From Micrococcales bacterium 73-13 (GTDB lineage Bacteria; Actinomycetota; Actinomycetes; Actinomycetales; Microbacteriaceae): 64,000 nt of DNA. Made by a program: the position numbers and the translations under genes. Shown one piece after another: positions 61,419 to 64,000 of the stretch. The notes below the pieces were generated by a model. It was given only the letters and a program-made list of their open reading frames with translations, was not told the DNA's origin and ran no database searches. The first letter of the stretch is position 1. Each line of letters opens with the position of its first letter. The stretch spans positions 9,883 through 73,882 of the forward strand of contig MKVN01000022.1 of assembly GCA_001898855.1 (NCBI GenBank), given 5' to 3'.

Positions 61419-62917
61419 CCGAGCGGGGCGGGCGCTGGGACGCGATCGTCGTCGGCGCCGGGACGAGCGGCAGCGTCGTGGCGGCGCTGCTCAGCGAGGA
61501 CCCGTCCCGCCGGGTGCTCGTCCTGGAGGCCGGTCCGGTGCCGACGTCCTCGTCGGGGCTGCCCCGCCGGCTGCTCGACGCCGGGCTCGTCCCGGGGGCC
61601 GCGCCCCGGACCGCGGAGACCTCGCGCTACCCGGCGGCGCTGACGCGGGACGGGGGCGCGGACTTCCACGTCACGCGCGGGCGGATGCTCGGCGGGTCCT
61701 CGGCGATCAACGGCGCGGCCTTCGTCCGGCCGCGTCCCGAGGACTTCGCGCGCTGGGCGACGGCGGGACTGCCCTGGGACCACGACACGGCGCTGCCGGC
61801 GATGCGCCGGCTGGAGCGCGACCTCGACCTCGGCGCGAGCGCGCTGCACGGCGACGCGGGGCCGATCCCGGTCCACCGCACGCCGCTCGACCACCCGATC
61901 GGCGCCGCCTTCCGCGACGCCGCGCTCGACGCCGGGCATCCGTGGGAGGCCGACAAGAACGCGCCGGGCGAGCCGGGCATCGGCCCGCTCCCCCGGAACG
62001 TCGAGCACGGGCGCCGCGTCCAGCCCGGCGACGCCTACCTGCTCGCCGCCCGGGACCGGGGGAACCTCGTGATCCTCGGCGAGGCGCCCGTGATCGGGCT
62101 CGCCGTCGACGGCGGGCGCGTGGTCGGCGTCCGGTACGCGGTCGAGGGCGCCGAGGCCATCGCCCGGGCCGACGAGGTGGTGCTCTGCGCCGGGCCCGTC
62201 GAGTCCACGCACCTGCTGCTGCTCGCCGGCATCGGACCGGCCGTGGCGCTGCGCCGGGCCGGCCTGCCGGTGCGCCTCGACGCGCCGGGGGTCGGGACGG
62301 CCTTCGCCGACCACCCCCAGGTCGTCCTCGAGTGGGCGCCGCCGCGGCCCGCCGCCGCCCCGGCCGGCGAGTGGACCGCCGGCGTGCTGCACGCGGGCTC
62401 GGTCGAGCTCCTGCAGGGCGCCAAGCCGCTCGCCGCCCTCGGCGGCGACCGCACCGAGCCGACCGGTCCGCTGCCGCTCCTCGTCACCGATCTCGCACCC
62501 CGCTCGACGGGGCGGCTCGTCCTCGACCCGGCGGACCCGCGGCTCCCGCCGCGCCTCGACTACGGCTACCTCGCCGACGACGCGGCCCGGTGCGCGCTGC
62601 GCGAGGGCGTGCGGCTCGGGCTCGAGCTGATCCGCGCGATGGGCGGGGTGCTCGTCTCCGGTCCGGCCTCGACGAGCGGCCGGGACGTCGACGCCTGGGT
62701 GCGCGCGCACCTCACGACGGCGTTCCACAGCTGCGGGACCGTCCCCATCGGCGGCCCGCTCGACGCGGCCGGCCGCCTCCGCGGGATCGACGGGCTGCGC
62801 GTCGCGGACACCTCGGTCCTCCCGGACGCCCCGAGCCGCGGACCCGCGCTCGCCGCGGTGCTCGTCGGCGAGCTCCTCGGCCGCGGCGGAGCCGCCGCCG
62901 ATCAGCCGCGGACGTAG
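61415..62917 (+). CDS. mftG: Mycofactocin-system GMC-family oxidoreductase MftG
   Basis: This is the real part of the 708-aa track ORF. The GTG at 61415 overlaps the mftR stop (GTGA). DAIVVGAGTSGSVVAALLSEDPSRRVLVLEAGP (FAD fold), GGSSAINGA, and C-terminal HSCGT/VADTSVLP. The MftG assignment rests on context. Confidence 0.82.
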   Translation: MTERGGRWDAIVVGAGTSGSVVAALLSEDPSRRVLVLEAGPVPTSSSGLPRRLLDAGLVPGAAPRTAETSRYPAALTRDGGADFHVTRGRMLGGSSAINGAAFVRPRPEDFARWATAGLPWDHDTALPAMRRLERDLDLGASALHGDAGPIPVHRTPLDHPIGAAFRDAALDAGHPWEADKNAPGEPGIGPLPRNVEHGRRVQPGDAYLLAARDRGNLVILGEAPVIGLAVDGGRVVGVRYAVEGAEAIARADEVVLCAGPVESTHLLLLAGIGPAVALRRAGLPVRLDAPGVGTAFADHPQVVLEWAPPRPAAAPAGEWTAGVLHAGSVELLQGAKPLAALGGDRTEPTGPLPLLVTDLAPRSTGRLVLDPADPRLPPRLDYGYLADDAARCALREGVRLGLELIRAMGGVLVSGPASTSGRDVDAWVRAHLTTAFHSCGTVPIGGPLDAAGRLRGIDGLRVADTSVLPDAPSRGPALAAVLVGELLGRGGAAADQPRT

Positions 62918-63672
62918 CGGAGCACGAGCTCGTCGGACTCGCCGTGCAGCACGTGGGCGAGCCGGAGGCCGACCTCGGCCGGGGCACCGTGGGCGATCCT
63001 CGGGCCGACGCCGGAGCGCAGCCGCGGCTCGATCGTGAGGCAGAGCTCGTCGACGACGTCCTGCGCCGCGAACGCGCCGAACAGCGACGGACCACCCTCG
63101 CACAGCACGTCGGTCCAGCCCCGGTCGGCGAAGGCCCGGCGCAGTCGCTCACCCTCCACCTCGACCTCGCCGCAGTCGACGAGCTCGGCGACCTCGGACA
63201 GCGCGGCGCGCGCCGCGGCCGGCGCGGTGGCGACCGTGAGCACGATCGGCCGCACCGGCGACTCGGCGAACAGCGGCGAGCCGGGATCCAGATCGAGCCG
63301 CCCGGACACGATCGCGAGGCCCGGGTGCTCGGCGAGCCCGTGCGCCAGCCGCCACTCGCGCTGGCCCGGGCTCACCAGCGGGCCCTCGTACCCCTCGTGC
63401 CGCACGGTGCCGGCGCCGACCAGGACGACGTCGGCGAGGCGGCGGAGCACGCCGAAGACGGCCTTGTCGACCGCGGAGGAGATCGTGCCGCTGCGTCCGT
63501 CGGCGCCGGTGGCCGAGCCGTCGAGCGTGCTGACGAAGTTCATCCGGATCCAGGGCCCGCCGTCCGGAGCCTCGCCGGCGGCGCCCGGCCGGCCGTACCG
63601 GGCGGCGAGCGCCTCCCGGTCGAGCCCGGTCCGCGGCTCGGGATGGAGCTCGTCGATCCTCGGCATGCTCAT
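62902..63672 (-). CDS. RibD C-terminal-domain / dihydrofolate-reductase-like pyrimidine reductase family protein
   Basis: 256-aa ORF. MNFVSTLDGSATG, DVVLVGAGTV and LCEGGPSLFGAF. Its 3' end overlaps the mftG 3' end convergently by 16 nt. Confidence 0.8.
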   Translation of the reverse strand: MSMPRIDELHPEPRTGLDREALAARYGRPGAAGEAPDGGPWIRMNFVSTLDGSATGADGRSGTISSAVDKAVFGVLRRLADVVLVGAGTVRHEGYEGPLVSPGQREWRLAHGLAEHPGLAIVSGRLDLDPGSPLFAESPVRPIVLTVATAPAAARAALSEVAELVDCGEVEVEGERLRRAFADRGWTDVLCEGGPSLFGAFAAQDVVDELCLTIEPRLRSGVGPRIAHGAPAEVGLRLAHVLHGESDELVLRYVRG

Positions 63673-63680
63673 CGGGCGCC

Positions 63681-64000
63681 TCAGTTCTGTCCGTTGTTGT
63701 GCCAGACCCGTGCCGGCTCGCGCAGGCCCAGGGCGGCCTCGGTCATGCGCACCGCGTCAACCGTCTCGGCGACGTCGTGCACCCGCACGATGCGCGCGCC
63801 GGCGATGACGCAGGCCACCGCCGCGGCGACCGAGCCGATCACGCGGCCGTCGCGGGCGCGGTCGAGCGTCTCGCCGATGAAGTCCTTGTTCGAGAGCGCG
63901 ACGAGCGTCGGGTAGCCGAGCGCGACGATCTCGGACAGCCGGCGGACGAGCTCGAGCGAGTGCAGGGTGTTCTTGTTCAGGTCGTGGCCCGGGTCGACGA
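63681..64000 (-). CDS. folP: Dihydropteroate synthase (C-terminal part; the 5' end lies beyond the right edge)
   Basis: Not in the ORF track (no start in the window). The reverse frame ending TGA at 63683-63681 reads ...VDPGHDLNKNTLHSLELVRRLSEIVALGYPTLVALSNKDFIGETLDRARDGRVIGSVAAAVACVIAGARIVRVHDVAETVDAVRMTEA..., matching the pterin-binding DHPS C terminus. Confidence 0.8.
   Translation of the reverse strand, partial: VDPGHDLNKNTLHSLELVRRLSEIVALGYPTLVALSNKDFIGETLDRARDGRVIGSVAAAVACVIAGARIVRVHDVAETVDAVRMTEAALGLREPARVWHNNGQN

Overview
This is a very GC-rich actinobacterial chromosomal segment with strong GC3 bias. A Micrococcales-like origin is only an inference from gene content. Coding is dense: I support 62 protein genes and 2 tRNAs. 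I saw no rRNA, CRISPR array, transposase, integrase or phage genes. Many long ORFs in the supplied track are Arg/Gly/Pro-rich antisense or out-of-frame shadows typical of high-GC DNA. Real genes were picked by recognisable family motifs, GC3-rich codons, Shine-Dalgarno (SD) spacing and 4-nt start/stop overlaps. All start coordinates were refined by eye. Three real genes are missing from the track: a giant partial surface protein at the left edge, the 31-aa mycofactocin precursor mftA, and a partial folP at the right edge. Gene content from left to right: (1) a tail-anchored Ser/Thr kinase coupled to the giant repeat protein; (2) tRNA-Ser; (3) a DUF6325/SHOCT pair; (4) a HerA-like ATPase; (5) an alcohol dehydrogenase, aldehyde dehydrogenase and acyl-CoA ligase set; (6) a DoxX-AttH fusion protein; (7) a DEAD-box helicase; (8) a GntR-controlled sugar ABC operon ending in a lactonase and a SnoaL-like gene; (9) a CotH lipoprotein; (10) tRNA-Arg; (11) an AraC-centred orphan enzyme cluster; (12) CHAP, HNH, DtxR, serC, DUF3027 and csp housekeeping genes; (13) an IclR-controlled meta-cleavage lower-pathway operon; (14) an ArsR-SulP pair; (15) a complete mycofactocin (mft) system. 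The most interesting feature is the architecture of the mft locus. mftABC and mftDEF are separated by a 6.8-kb block of eight non-mft genes: a mycofactocin-type SDR, a VOC enzyme, a NitT/TauT-type ABC importer, a SnoaL-like protein, an amidase and a TetR regulator. An identical 15-bp TGGCA-N5-TGCCA palindrome sits about 50 nt upstream of both mftA and mftD. This suggests a duplicated MftR operator that keeps the split pathway coordinated, and an embedded catabolic module that may depend on mycofactocin.
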